Shown: positions 1 through 10,046 of the stretch, piece by piece
Numbering within the stretch: position 1 is the first letter of the stretch
Layout of the letters: each line of letters begins with the position of its first letter
Assembly (NCBI GenBank): GCA_944358865.1
Contig: CALVRV010000001.1
Coordinates: 21,186 to 85,185 of the forward strand
Source of the DNA: an uncultured Bacilli bacterium
GTDB taxonomy: Bacteria > Bacillota_I > Bacilli_A > RFN20 > CAG-826
DNA length: 64,000 bases
Direction: 5' to 3'
The notes under the pieces: generated by a model
What the model was told of the DNA's origin: nothing
Databases searched by the model: none
Seen by the model: the letters and a program-made list of their open reading frames with translations, nothing else
Position numbers and translations under genes: made by a program

Positions 1-338
1 CTATTTTTAAAGCCAATACTTCTTTACATGATGTAACAATACCTCATGATGAAGAAGATTTTGATCAATTAAATTATTTAGAAAATAAGACTTTAAACTA
101 TGTCAATGAAATGGCTTTTGAAGGAACATTAAAAGCGCATGCTGAACAAGGAAATGTCCCTTGTATGGTCATTTATTTAGAAAAAGTTGATGAATATAGT
201 TTAGGATATTTGATGTACTTCTTTATGAAAGCCTGCGCGATGAGTGCATATTTATTAGATATTAATCCTTTTAATCAACCTGGTGTTGAAATATATAAGA
301 AAAACATGTTTCATTTATTAGGCAAAAAAGGATATTAA
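1..338 (+). CDS. pgi: glucose-6-phosphate isomerase, 5'-partial (C-terminal ~112 aa; frame open from window edge)
   Basis: The frame containing ORF 111..338 is open back to position 3. The C-terminal sequence ...[36 protein letters not shown] matches the conserved PGI C-terminus (NPFDQPGVE). Confidence 0.8.
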   Translation, partial: IFKANTSLHDVTIPHDEEDFDQLNYLENKTLNYVNEMAFEGTLKAHAEQGNVPCMVIYLEKVDEYSLGYLMYFFMKACAMSAYLLDINPFNQPGVEIYKKNMFHLLGKKGY

Positions 339-390
339 TTGTTATAAAACTATTTAGTTATACTCTTAATGAAATATATTAAAAATTATA

Positions 391-420
391 TTGACTTTTA
401 AAACCATGCAGTGCTATATT
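391..420 (+). promoter_or_regulatory. Sigma-A type promoter for the tRNA operon: TTGACT (391-396), 18-nt spacer, extended -10 TGcTATATT (412-420)
   Basis: Hexamers read directly, about 25 nt upstream of the first tRNA. Confidence 0.5.
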
Positions 421-445
421 ATTTAAGCGCATTGCATGCCCAACA

Positions 446-521
446 GGATGCTTAGCTCAGTTGGGAGAGCATCGCCTTTACACGGCGGAGGTCGTGGGTT
501 CGAGTCCCTCAGCATCCACCA
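446..521 (+). tRNA. tRNA-Val (anticodon TAC)
   Basis: Cloverleaf folded by hand: acceptor GGATGCT/AGCATCC, anticodon loop TTTACAC, T-loop TTCGAGT, 3' ACCA encoded. Confidence 0.85.
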
Positions 522-539
522 AATAAAGTATATTCAAAC

Positions 540-623
540 GGAGGGGTAGCGAAGTGGCTAAACGCGGTTGACTGTAAATCAACTCCTACGGGTTCGGCGG
601 TTCGAATCTGCCCCCCTCCACCA
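540..623 (+). tRNA. tRNA-Tyr (anticodon GTA), type II with long variable arm
   Basis: Acceptor GGAGGGG/CCCCTCC, anticodon loop CTGTAAA, long variable arm, TTCGAAT T-loop, CCA encoded. Confidence 0.8.
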
Positions 624-637
624 TCTTTAAAACCACT

Positions 638-713
638 TGGGGTGTAGCCAAGCGGTAAGGCAACAGACTTTGACTCTGTCATCTCGGTGGTTCGATCCCA
701 CCCACCCCAGCCA
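638..713 (+). tRNA. tRNA-Gln (anticodon TTG)
   Basis: U1:A72 pair (TGGGGTG/CACCCCA), G73 discriminator, anticodon stem ACAGA/TCTGT, loop CTTTGAC, CCA encoded. Confidence 0.8.
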
Positions 714-730
714 ACTTTTATAAATAAAAG

Positions 731-760
731 TTGACAAGAATTGCTAAAATACTAAAATAG
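731..760 (+). promoter_or_regulatory. Candidate internal promoter (TTGACA 731-736, about 16-nt spacer, TAAAAT) overlapping a perfect palindrome ATACTAAAATAGTAT
   Basis: Read directly, immediately upstream of tRNA-Lys; the palindrome could be an operator or an RNA processing hairpin. Confidence 0.35.
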
Positions 761-769
761 TATTTGCAA

Positions 770-845
770 CTCCCGTTAGCTCAGTTGGTAGAGCACTTGA
801 CTTTTAATCACGGGGTCAGAAGTTCGAATCTTCTACGGGAGACCA
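770..845 (+). tRNA. tRNA-Lys (anticodon TTT)
   Basis: Acceptor CTCCCGT/ACGGGAG, anticodon loop CTTTTAA, T-loop TTCGAAT, CCA encoded; one U-C mismatch in the anticodon stem as I read it. Confidence 0.75.
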
Positions 846-851
846 AAAAAT

Positions 852-941
852 GCCCAGGTGGCGAAATAGGTAGACGCACAGGACTTAAAATCCTGCGAGA
901 CTAATACTCTCATACCGGTTCGATTCCGGTCCCGGGCACCA
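852..941 (+). tRNA. tRNA-Leu (anticodon TAA), type II
   Basis: GCCCAGGTGGCGAAATAGGTAGACGC... with anticodon loop CTTAAAA, long variable arm, T-loop TTCGATT, CCA encoded. Confidence 0.8.
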
Positions 942-952
942 AATTTAAAAAA

Positions 953-976
953 CGCGCCTTAAAGGCGTTTTTTATT
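953..976 (+). terminator. Small rho-independent terminator hairpin (CGCC-TTAAA-GGCG followed by a T-run)
   Basis: Stem-loop plus TTTTTTATT read directly after tRNA-Leu. Confidence 0.4.
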
Positions 977-980
977 AACT

Positions 981-1054
981 TGGGGTATAGCCAAGCGGTA
1001 AGGCAGCGGGCTCTGAACTCGTCAGCCTTGGTTCGAATCCAAGTGCCCCAGCCA
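981..1054 (+). tRNA. tRNA-Gln-like second isoacceptor (anticodon CTG)
   Basis: Same backbone as the TTG Gln tRNA (TGGGGTA...CCCCAGCCA, U1:A72, G73). Anticodon loop CTCTGAA with a stem containing two G-U pairs; T-arm CTTGG/CCAAG. Confidence 0.6.
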
Positions 1055-1057
1055 ATT

Positions 1058-1085
1058 AAAAAATGCCAGCAGGCATTTTTATTTT
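1058..1085. terminator. Bidirectional rho-independent terminator (AAAAAATGCC-AGCA-GGCATTTTT)
   Basis: Perfect 9-10 bp stem with A-run and T-run flanks. Ends the tRNA operon (+) and the convergent gene 1088..1501 (-). Confidence 0.7.
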
Positions 1086-1087
1086 AC

Positions 1088-1501
1088 TTATATATATTTT
1101 TTTGCATTCGTTCTTGAATAATTAATTTTAATTTTATGTAATTTTAAAAATCGATATAAAGCTTTATATGCATCTTTTTGATAAGGATAATAAAAAAGTA
1201 ATAAAGATTGACTAGATAAATTTTCTAAAATATTAACACGATGCATATTTTTATATTTTTTTAAACCGTATAATTTTTCATCAACAATTAAAGAAACATC
1301 ATTAAAATAAAGTTCTAATCTAGGAAAAGAATATGCAAAATTATCATTTATTTTTCTATCAACACTGTTAGTTTCAAAAACATATAATTTAAAATTATCA
1401 CAAGCAACGACACCATTAAAATATTTGCCTTGAAAATCGTTATAATAAAGGCAAGGAATTTGAAAAATGAGTTGTTCTTCTTTAAATAATTTTGTAATCA
1501 T
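1088..1501 (-). CDS. hypothetical protein (137 aa), possibly bacterial PH-domain like
   Basis: Intact ORF with no recognisable motif. Confidence 0.4.
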   Translation of the reverse strand: MITKLFKEEQLIFQIPCLYYNDFQGKYFNGVVACDNFKLYVFETNSVDRKINDNFAYSFPRLELYFNDVSLIVDEKLYGLKKYKNMHRVNILENLSSQSLLLFYYPYQKDAYKALYRFLKLHKIKINYSRTNAKKYI

Positions 1502-1559
1502 AACTTTTTTATCATATTTGTAAACAAATCAATATTTTTTTGCTATAATCTTTTCCGTT

Positions 1560-1790
1560 ATGGAAAATCAAGTTAAGCAAATTATAGAAACTTTAGATAA
1601 GATTCGCCCCTTTATTCAAAGAGATGGAGGAGATATCGAATTTGTTAGTTTTGATGATGGAGTTGTCAATGTTAGAATGCATGGTGCTTGCCAGGGTTGT
1701 TCTTTTATTGATTTAACAATTAAAGAAACAATTGAAGTAATCTTACAAGAAGAAGTCGAAGGCGTAAAAGAAGTAAAAGTTGTTGAATAA
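1560..1790 (+). CDS. nfu: NifU-like Fe-S cluster protein (Nfu / YutI family)
   Basis: 76 aa with the GACQGC motif typical of Nfu C-terminal domains; extended -10 TGcTATAAT at 1541-1549 upstream. Confidence 0.8.
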   Translation: MENQVKQIIETLDKIRPFIQRDGGDIEFVSFDDGVVNVRMHGACQGCSFIDLTIKETIEVILQEEVEGVKEVKVVE

Positions 1791-1793
1791 TTA

Positions 1794-2576
1794 TTAAATA
1801 AGGAAATTTTTAATATTATTACAAATAATATATCCTTTACGGTTGTAGACGTCTTTTTTATTGTATTTAATAGGAATTAAATTAGTTTGTAAAAATATAC
1901 CTCCCGCTTCATTAACAATAATATTAATCGCAGCAGTATCCCATTCTTTTGTTCCGCTTGATAAGCGATAAGAAAGTTCGGCTTCACCTTTTGCAATTAA
2001 GCAAGCTTTAATAGAAGAGCCTTTTTTTACAACATTTTTAATTTTATCAGTATGTCTTAAAATCATATTTTGTTCTAATTCGTTATGATGGAAGACAGAA
2101 ATAAGACAAGTTAAATTATTAAGTTTATTATTGACGTGAATTTTTTCAACTTTTTTATCTTTATCAATAAAAAACGCGCCTTGTCCTTTTAATGCGTAAT
2201 ATATTTGATCATAAGCAGGAATTAAAACAACACCAACAATAATTTCACCACGATAAGACAAAGCAATATTAACAGTAAATTCATCATCTTTATTGATAAA
2301 GTCTTTTGTTCCATCGATTGGGTCAATAATCCAAACATAATCTTTTTTTAAACGCGATAAATCATCTTTACTTTCTTCTGTTAAAAAACCATGATCAGGA
2401 AACATAGTAGAAAGATATTCTCTAATTAATTTATCTGATAATTTATCTGCCTTAGTTACAGGAGATTGATCGCTTTTTATTTCGACATTAAAATCATGGC
2501 TATTATAAATATCCATAATTGGTTTTTTAACTAACCGAGCAGCTTGAAGTGCAGCATTTAGAAAAATATCATACAT
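1794..2576 (-). CDS. inositol monophosphatase family protein (SuhB/CysQ-like phosphatase)
   Basis: WIIDPIDGTKDFI metal-binding motif of the IMPase superfamily. Confidence 0.8.
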   Translation of the reverse strand: MYDIFLNAALQAARLVKKPIMDIYNSHDFNVEIKSDQSPVTKADKLSDKLIREYLSTMFPDHGFLTEESKDDLSRLKKDYVWIIDPIDGTKDFINKDDEFTVNIALSYRGEIIVGVVLIPAYDQIYYALKGQGAFFIDKDKKVEKIHVNNKLNNLTCLISVFHHNELEQNMILRHTDKIKNVVKKGSSIKACLIAKGEAELSYRLSSGTKEWDTAAINIIVNEAGGIFLQTNLIPIKYNKKDVYNRKGYIICNNIKNFLI

Positions 2577-2588
2577 ATGTCTTCTCCT

Positions 2589-3536
2589 TTACGATAAAAC
2601 TTTAACCATTTCTTTTATTATAGAAGAAATTATGTCTTTTTCATATGGAATTTTTTGAATTCCACAAGCAAAGTCATGTCCACCGCCACCAAATTTAATA
2701 GCGACAGGAATTATAGGTTTGTCTTGGCTTCTAAATTCACAAGTCAAAGTATTGTCGTTATTTTCAATAAATAGAGCCCAGGCATCAAAGCCTTCTAAAT
2801 TTGCTAAGACATTAACAAAACTACCAATATATCCATCATAATTTAAAGAAGCAATAAAATTCTTGTCGATAAAACAATATATAATTTTACCTTGTACTTT
2901 ATAATGACTATAAATATATGATTTAATATTGAAACTATTAAAATTAGAAAGTGCGATATTTTGATATATTTTTTCAAAATTTGCACCTAATTTGATTAAT
3001 TTTTTTGCAAAAGTTAAGGATTTTGCATCTTTTTCTAAATACATAAACCGATTAGTGTCAGAAACAATTCCATAATATAAAGCATTAATTAAAGTAGGAG
3101 ACATATTAATATTTTTGTTTTGTTTAAATAAAATATATAACGCTAAAGCGCAACTTGATAAAGAATTATTGATATAACAAAAAGAAGCGTTTTTAATAGT
3201 TTTTTTGCCTTTATTATGATGGTCAATAACAGCAATCTCTTCACAATTAAATAATCTATTATCTTCACAACGATAATCTTCATTAAAATCTAACGCAATT
3301 GCTAAAGATCCTTTAAATTTATCATCATTAATAATATGTGGTTTATAAAAAAGAGGAAACATCTTTCTAACACCGCTTCCCACAATATAAACTTCCTTGT
3401 TAGAAAAATTATTTTTAATAAATTCATACATGGCAATTTGTGAAGAAAAACAATCGCCATCGCAATTTACATGTCCAAATATAATTATTGTTTGATACTT
3501 ATTGATAAGATGAATAAGTTGATCAATTTTTTTCAT
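2589..3536 (-). CDS. nrnA: DHH/DHHA1 phosphoesterase NrnA (nanoRNase / pAp phosphatase)
   Basis: N-terminal GHVNCDGD, internal DHH, C-terminal GGGGH (DHHA1). Confidence 0.8.
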   Translation of the reverse strand: MKKIDQLIHLINKYQTIIIFGHVNCDGDCFSSQIAMYEFIKNNFSNKEVYIVGSGVRKMFPLFYKPHIINDDKFKGSLAIALDFNEDYRCEDNRLFNCEEIAVIDHHNKGKKTIKNASFCYINNSLSSCALALYILFKQNKNINMSPTLINALYYGIVSDTNRFMYLEKDAKSLTFAKKLIKLGANFEKIYQNIALSNFNSFNIKSYIYSHYKVQGKIIYCFIDKNFIASLNYDGYIGSFVNVLANLEGFDAWALFIENNDNTLTCEFRSQDKPIIPVAIKFGGGGHDFACGIQKIPYEKDIISSIIKEMVKVLS

Positions 3537-3538
3537 TT

Positions 3539-3940
3539 TTAGTAATTATAATCATGATTATTTTCATCTAGATTGCTATCTGAATCATTAGAATCTCCTT
3601 CTTCTTCACTTTTTTCGAGTTCTAATTCTTCTTCATCTGCATCATCTAAATTGTCTAATACACTTTCGTTTTCATCATTATCAGAGCTATAAGCAGAAGC
3701 CATATCAATTTGATATTCTTTAGATAAATGACGTGATTTTAAATCCCAAACATTATTTCCTAATAAAACAAATCTTCCATCTAATGTTAAATTTGTATAA
3801 AAACTAGCAATTTTATTCGCGGCTTCTTCTTCATTAAAAGCAAGGGTTTTACAAACATCTTCAAAAAGTTTATTAAACGCTATACCCTCACTTTCCTTAT
3901 CAATTAATTCATAAGCCACATCTAACATTGATTTTTGCAT
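3539..3940 (-). CDS. rpoE: DNA-directed RNA polymerase delta subunit
   Basis: N-terminal HARE-HTH-like domain (MLDVAYELI...) plus a long D/E-rich acidic tail. Confidence 0.8.
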   Translation of the reverse strand: MQKSMLDVAYELIDKESEGIAFNKLFEDVCKTLAFNEEEAANKIASFYTNLTLDGRFVLLGNNVWDLKSRHLSKEYQIDMASAYSSDNDENESVLDNLDDADEEELELEKSEEEGDSNDSDSNLDENNHDYNY

Positions 3941-3959
3941 ATATATTTCCTCCTATTTG

Positions 3960-5609
3960 TTACATATTTTCTAAGGCTTTGACACCAATTAGATTTAAAG
4001 CGTCTTTCATAACTATGCTAGCTGCTTTAGCTAGCGCTAAACGAGAAGAAGTTAATTTTTCATCATCTTCTAAAATTATTCTACATTCACTATAAAAAGA
4101 ATGTATAGAATTAGCTAATTTATAAATATAATTAGTCATTAAATATGGTTCTCTTAACAAAGCACAATTTTCGATAGTGCCTGGATATTCTAATAATAAT
4201 TTCATCAATTCTATTTCTTCAATATGATTCAAATTATTAACACTAGAATCTAATTGATGTTTGTTATTATCAAGTTTTAAAACTTTATTTAATCTAGCAT
4301 AAGCATATTGAGCATAAAAGACTGGATTTGAAGAAGATTGTTCTCTAGCAAGATTAATATCAAAATCTAAATGAGATCCACCGCTACGATTAACAAAATA
4401 ATATCTTATAGCGTCAACACCAGCCTCTTGGCACAATTCCCTTAAAGTAATAGTTTGACCAGTTCTTTTTGAAAGTTTTATTTCTTCTCCATCTTTAAAA
4501 ATTCTAACCATTTGAATTAATTGAACTTCTAATGCATCTTTGCTATAACCGTGCATCATTAAGACAGATTTCATACGATTGATATAGCCATGATGATCTG
4601 CACCTAAAACATCAATTAAAATATCAAAACCACGGCCAAGTTTATTTAAATGATAAACAATATCAGGCATAAAATAAGTATAATCGCCATTACTTTTAAC
4701 GATGACACGATCTTTATCATCTAAATAATCACTAGTTTTTAAAACTAAAGCTCCATCTTGTTTATAGATATGATCTTTTAAATATTCTATTTCTTTTTCA
4801 ACTGCATTATTTTTTCTAACATCTAATTCAAAACTAACAACATCAAACTTCACATTAAATAAATCTAAGTCGTCAAAAATTTGTTTTAACAAGATATTTT
4901 TAGCTTCATTTTTACATAATTCTAGAACAGTTTTTTCATCTTCTTTTAATAAAGAGTCTTCATATTTATCTTTTAAAATTTTAGCAACTTCAATAATTTC
5001 TTGCCCATGATACATATCATCGCCAAGTGTTATCTTTTCATTAAACAATTCCTTATATCTTAAAAAAACAGAGATGCCAAGATTATTAATTTGATTGCCA
5101 GCATCATTTACATAATATTCACGACAAACATCATACCCTGCTTTAGATAAAATACGAGCTAAACTATCACCAACGGCCGCTCCTCTAGCGTGGCCTAGAT
5201 GTAAATAACCAGTAGGATTAGCGCTGACAAATTCAATGTTAATTGCTTTATTTTTCTTTACGCCATTTCCATATGAAGAACCTTTATCTAATATTTCTTT
5301 AACAACTTTTTTAAAAGAATCTTGACTCATAAAGAAATTAATAAAACCAGGACCAGCAATTTCAAGTTTATCGATATCAGTTTTATCTATTGCACCAATA
5401 ATAGAATTAGCGATTTTTCTAGGATTATCTTTTAAAGTAGAAGCTAATTTCATTGCTATGTTACAAGAATAGTCACCGAATTTTTTATCTTTTGTTAAAG
5501 ATATTTCAATTAGGTTGATATATTCTTTAAACCCTAACTTAATTAAGGCTTCTTCAACTTTTGTTTTTAAAAGATTTTCATTGTTCATAAGCAAGTAGTT
5601 ATTATACAA
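3960..5609 (-). CDS. argS: arginine--tRNA ligase
   Basis: HIGH-type motif PTGYLHLGHARGAAVGD; 549 aa, typical ArgS length. Confidence 0.9.
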   Translation of the reverse strand: MYNNYLLMNNENLLKTKVEEALIKLGFKEYINLIEISLTKDKKFGDYSCNIAMKLASTLKDNPRKIANSIIGAIDKTDIDKLEIAGPGFINFFMSQDSFKKVVKEILDKGSSYGNGVKKNKAINIEFVSANPTGYLHLGHARGAAVGDSLARILSKAGYDVCREYYVNDAGNQINNLGISVFLRYKELFNEKITLGDDMYHGQEIIEVAKILKDKYEDSLLKEDEKTVLELCKNEAKNILLKQIFDDLDLFNVKFDVVSFELDVRKNNAVEKEIEYLKDHIYKQDGALVLKTSDYLDDKDRVIVKSNGDYTYFMPDIVYHLNKLGRGFDILIDVLGADHHGYINRMKSVLMMHGYSKDALEVQLIQMVRIFKDGEEIKLSKRTGQTITLRELCQEAGVDAIRYYFVNRSGGSHLDFDINLAREQSSSNPVFYAQYAYARLNKVLKLDNNKHQLDSSVNNLNHIEEIELMKLLLEYPGTIENCALLREPYLMTNYIYKLANSIHSFYSECRIILEDDEKLTSSRLALAKAASIVMKDALNLIGVKALENM

Positions 5610-5624
5610 ATTATAAAATAATTT

Positions 5625-6110
5625 TCAATTATTTTTATTGCTTTTAATTAAAACAATAGCGTAAGCTTCAATGGCCTTGTTTTGCCCAACATCACCAAAG
5701 CCTTCATTTGTTCCTGCTTTAATGGCAACATTAGAAAGATCAATTTCTAATAAATTAGCGAGGTTTTTGCGCATATTTTCAATAAATTTGCTTAATTTTG
5801 GTTTTTCTAAAGAAATAAAAACATCAACATTATTTATGATAAAATCTTTATCTTTAAGCATTTGCATTACTTCTTTTACAATTATTGATGAATCAATATT
5901 TTTATATTTTGGATCGGTATCACTAAAATAATAACCAATATCACGTAAAGAAAGCGCTCCTAAAATAGCGTCACTTACAGCGTGATAGACAACATCACCA
6001 TCGCTATGTGCTTCAGCGCCTAAATGATATGGGATTTTTTCTCCACATATGATTAGAGGTCTATTTTCTTTTAAAGCGTGAATATCTTTAGCAAAACCAA
6101 TTTTATACAT
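5625..6110 (-). CDS. ispF: 2-C-methyl-D-erythritol 2,4-cyclodiphosphate synthase (MEP pathway)
   Basis: FAKDIHAL...AHSDGDVVYHA...DIG motifs; 161 aa. Confidence 0.85.
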   Translation of the reverse strand: MYKIGFAKDIHALKENRPLIICGEKIPYHLGAEAHSDGDVVYHAVSDAILGALSLRDIGYYFSDTDPKYKNIDSSIIVKEVMQMLKDKDFIINNVDVFISLEKPKLSKFIENMRKNLANLLEIDLSNVAIKAGTNEGFGDVGQNKAIEAYAIVLIKSNKNN

Positions 6111-7216
6111 TAAACATTAAACCTAAAAAACATTATATCGCCATCTTTGACAACATAATCTTTCCCTTCACTTTTTAATTTGCCAGCTTCTTTTATTGCT
6201 TGTTCGCTTTTATAAATTACAATATCATCATAGGTATAAACTTCCGCACGTATAAACCCTTTTTTAAAATCAGTATGAATGATACCTGCACATTCATTTG
6301 CTTTCATACCGTTTATAAAAGTCCACGCTCGACATTCATCTTCTCCAACAGTAAAAAATGTTGAAAGATTTAATAACTTATAAGTAGCTTTTACTAATTT
6401 ATCTAAGCCAGATTCTTCCACTCCTAATGAATGCAAATATTCTTCTTTTTCTGTTGCAGATAATTGACTAAGTTCACTTTCGATTTGGCAAGATATTGCT
6501 AAGACTTCACAATTTTGCTTTTCTGCATATTGTTTTAAAGCCATATAATTTTTATTTTTTGTCAAATCTAAAAGATCATCTTCACTGACATTTGCCACAT
6601 ACATAAGTGGTTTATTAGTTAATAAAAAATAATTTGAATTAATAAAATTTTTATCTTCTTCGCTTAAAGAAGAACACCTTAAAGGTATGCCTTCTTGTAA
6701 ATATTTTTGTATTTTTTTAATTAAATCAACTTCATATATAGATTGTTTATCTTTACTAATTTTTGCTTTTGTTTCAATTTTAGAAAGTCGATTGCTAACA
6801 CTTTGTAAGTCACTAAGACAAAGTTCAATATTAATAATATCGGCATCTCTTATTGCATCGATAGTGTTTTCTACATGGATAATATCGTTATTTTCAAAAC
6901 AACGTACAACTTCCACAATTGCGTCGCATTGACGAATGTTGGCTAAAAATTGGTTGCCTAATCCTTCTCCATTGCTTGCGCCTTTAACTAAACCAGCAAT
7001 ATCAAAAAATTCACAAGTCGCATAAATAGTTCTCTTTGGTTTAAATAAGTTTGAAAGAAAATCTAATCTTTTATCATTAACATTAACGATTCCATTATTA
7101 GGATTTATAGTTGCAAATGGATAATTTGCAGCTTCAACATGAGAATTTGTAATTGCGTTGAATAACGTAGATTTACCAACATTTGGAAGACCAACAATTC
7201 CTGCTTTAAGTGCCAT
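6110..7216 (-). CDS. ychF: redox-regulated ATPase YchF (Obg-family)
   Basis: MALKAGIVGLPNVGKSTLFNAIT P-loop, C-terminal TGS-like region, 368 aa. Confidence 0.9.
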   Translation of the reverse strand: MALKAGIVGLPNVGKSTLFNAITNSHVEAANYPFATINPNNGIVNVNDKRLDFLSNLFKPKRTIYATCEFFDIAGLVKGASNGEGLGNQFLANIRQCDAIVEVVRCFENNDIIHVENTIDAIRDADIINIELCLSDLQSVSNRLSKIETKAKISKDKQSIYEVDLIKKIQKYLQEGIPLRCSSLSEEDKNFINSNYFLLTNKPLMYVANVSEDDLLDLTKNKNYMALKQYAEKQNCEVLAISCQIESELSQLSATEKEEYLHSLGVEESGLDKLVKATYKLLNLSTFFTVGEDECRAWTFINGMKANECAGIIHTDFKKGFIRAEVYTYDDIVIYKSEQAIKEAGKLKSEGKDYVVKDGDIMFFRFNV

Positions 7217-7256
7217 ATTTTTTATTTCCTTTTCTATGCGATATTATAAGATAATA

Positions 7257-10046
7257 TCATCGATTTTTCAAACATTGTATTGTATCAAGTTTTTGTACTT
7301 TTCTTAGAAAAAATACCGCACTAATTATACCAATAATAAGAGAAAATAAAATCATAAAAATATATGGTTGTATACTAAAATTTAAATTTATTTGGACATT
7401 TAATAATTTGGCTATTCCATATTTAAAAGCAAGAAATATTGATCCTAATTGTAAGCAAGATGACATAACTCCCATCATCGTAATACTAAGTGAATGAGAA
7501 AAAAGCAATTTAGAAGATTCGTTTTTACTAATTCCAATACATCTTAATAAACCAATATCTTTTTTTATCTCTAATAAATGCATATAGTTACAAATACTTA
7601 CAAGACAAATAGCAACAATCATAGTTAGTAAAGATAAAACAATCAATATCATCTCTAAATAAAAACATAATTTGTCTGTTTCTATTTTTATATCATACAT
7701 TGGATTTGTAAAATCATAATATGGATAAAGGTTTTTTAATTTCTCTATTATTGTTTGACTATCTATACTTTCTTTGACATCAAATGACATTCCAATAGGT
7801 ACTAAATCAAAAGCAGAAATTCCTAATTGACATTGAAAAAATAATAAAGAAAAAAGATTATCGTGATAAATTATATTTTTATCATTATCAACAACACCAA
7901 CAATATTAAATTGTTCACTTACAAAAGAATCATTATTAGCCATAGATAAATAAATTGTCTTATTAATAACATCTTCTTTAGCAAATAGCTTTTTTGCTAA
8001 TCCTGATGATATAACAAACTGAGTATAATTATTTGGAATGTTTCCATATTTTAAATTTACTTCGTCTAATGTTTTAAAAAAGACACCATCCATAGACGTT
8101 TTACTATAATGACCATACACTACTCCTTTTGGCAATTGAATTAAGGCATCTGGCGCGAATCCATAACTAGAAAATAATCCAGTTGTTTCATCTAATAAAG
8201 ATTGCTGACTAGATAAAAAAATCATATTAGTAAAGCCACTTAATAAAGAAGTTCCATAAACAGAATAACCACCAAAAGAAGAAAAAATAGGATTATAAAT
8301 GTTATTATCCACTAATTTAAATTCATTGTAATCATGATAATTAAAACTTAAAAATGGATTATTAAACACTAATATACGATCAATATTGCGAGATGAAGTT
8401 TCATTATATAACCACGGGTAATAATCTTGATTTGCAATTTCAAATATATAATTAATTAAATTAGTGTCTTTATATACTTTTCTTAAAAATTCTTCATTGG
8501 TATTTATAAGTTTTAAATAGTAACATTTTTTTAAAATCCAAGGATAATATTCTACTTGTGTAATGTTAGTGTTTGATTTAAAACGCATCATTTCTTCAAA
8601 AACATATTCATTAAATAATGGATTTGAATGATATATGGTAGGATTGTTTGATATTATAAAACCTTTAACATTAAAAGTTTGTTCATCATTATATTGCCAA
8701 GATTCGTTAGCAAGTTCAAAACATACACGAAAACCGTTATTATTTTGAATATATTTAGATAATGAATCGATTGTTCTTTCAATTCTTAATTGATAGCATA
8801 TTTCACTAAGCATAAACGGATCAATACTTAAAACTATTTCATCATCTTTTAAGTTTTCTATATCATTTGGATATATTTTTTCTTTATTGTCGCTTAGCCA
8901 AATAAAATCATTAATAAGTCGAATAGAATATCCTCTTAAAACATATCGATAAGTTGTATCAGCAAGAGTTAGTTGATTTAAATCAACAAAATATTCTTCA
9001 AAATTAGCAAGATAACATATTCCATAATTTAAAATATCATCTGGATATTTATTTATTATTGCTTTAGCAGCGTTTTCATTTAAAGAAATAATATCATTAT
9101 CTAATGTATCAATATTTTTTGTTGTAACCACAACTTGATTATCGCTGACAATATTTGAATAAACACCAGTGACGCTAGAATAAATTGTGTCAGAAATAAG
9201 TAAAGATAAACCTATACTTAAAAATCCAAAAGAAACGACAAAATTTGTAATAAACGTGCGAAAAGGCCTTCTTTTTATATAATTTTTGCTATGTTTGAAT
9301 AAAAATTTTAAAGATAATTTTGGTTTTTTCTTTTCAACACTGCAATTTATAATTGGCAATTTTTTTCTTTTATTTTCTAAATTTGAATTATCACATGTTA
9401 AGACAATGTTATGATTATTTATCTCATATGTATAATCATTAAATTGCTTAACTAAATCTTTATCATGACTAATAACTATAACAAGTTTAGATGCCGATAA
9501 GATTTTTAAAATATTCATAATTTCAATTTTGTTTTTACTATCTAAAGAGCCAGTTGGTTCATCGCAAAGAATAATTTTGGCATCATTAATTAACGCTCTT
9601 GCGATACACACTTTTTGTTTTTGTCCACCGCTTAATTCACTTATCTTACTGTCTTTTAGTTCTAATATATCGATTAGTTTTAAAATATCTAAAGCTTTCT
9701 TATATTGTCTTTTTTCAATTTTGTTTGCCAGTGTCCAGCTAGGAAGTAAAACATTATCAATTACTTTATCATAATTAAATAAATTAAAATCTTGAAAAAC
9801 ATATCCAATATTTTCAAGACGAAATTTTGCCAATTCATAATCACTTAACGTTTTAATATTAATTCCATTAATAGTGATTTCTCCTTCAAAATCAACTAGC
9901 CCACTTATCGCATTAATTAATGTTGTTTTACCACATCCACTTGGTCCATAGATAAAATATAAGCCGTGGCTTTTAAATTCCATATTTACATTTTCTAAGA
10001 CTAATTGATTTTTATATGATTTAGAAAAATTTTTAATATGAATCAT
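7257..10046 (-). CDS. MacB-type fused ABC transporter: N-terminal ATPase + TM1 + very large extracytoplasmic domain + C-terminal FtsX-like permease (929 aa)
   Basis: Walker A GPSGCGKTT, signature LSGGQKQ, Walker B ILCDEPTGSLD, H-loop VIVISHD; one TM helix after the NBD; C-terminal 3-TM FtsX-type permease block. Start ATG overlaps the stop of the upstream gene (ATGA). Confidence 0.8.
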   Translation of the reverse strand: MIHIKNFSKSYKNQLVLENVNMEFKSHGLYFIYGPSGCGKTTLINAISGLVDFEGEITINGINIKTLSDYELAKFRLENIGYVFQDFNLFNYDKVIDNVLLPSWTLANKIEKRQYKKALDILKLIDILELKDSKISELSGGQKQKVCIARALINDAKIILCDEPTGSLDSKNKIEIMNILKILSASKLVIVISHDKDLVKQFNDYTYEINNHNIVLTCDNSNLENKRKKLPIINCSVEKKKPKLSLKFLFKHSKNYIKRRPFRTFITNFVVSFGFLSIGLSLLISDTIYSSVTGVYSNIVSDNQVVVTTKNIDTLDNDIISLNENAAKAIINKYPDDILNYGICYLANFEEYFVDLNQLTLADTTYRYVLRGYSIRLINDFIWLSDNKEKIYPNDIENLKDDEIVLSIDPFMLSEICYQLRIERTIDSLSKYIQNNNGFRVCFELANESWQYNDEQTFNVKGFIISNNPTIYHSNPLFNEYVFEEMMRFKSNTNITQVEYYPWILKKCYYLKLINTNEEFLRKVYKDTNLINYIFEIANQDYYPWLYNETSSRNIDRILVFNNPFLSFNYHDYNEFKLVDNNIYNPIFSSFGGYSVYGTSLLSGFTNMIFLSSQQSLLDETTGLFSSYGFAPDALIQLPKGVVYGHYSKTSMDGVFFKTLDEVNLKYGNIPNNYTQFVISSGLAKKLFAKEDVINKTIYLSMANNDSFVSEQFNIVGVVDNDKNIIYHDNLFSLLFFQCQLGISAFDLVPIGMSFDVKESIDSQTIIEKLKNLYPYYDFTNPMYDIKIETDKLCFYLEMILIVLSLLTMIVAICLVSICNYMHLLEIKKDIGLLRCIGISKNESSKLLFSHSLSITMMGVMSSCLQLGSIFLAFKYGIAKLLNVQINLNFSIQPYIFMILFSLIIGIISAVFFLRKVQKLDTIQCLKNR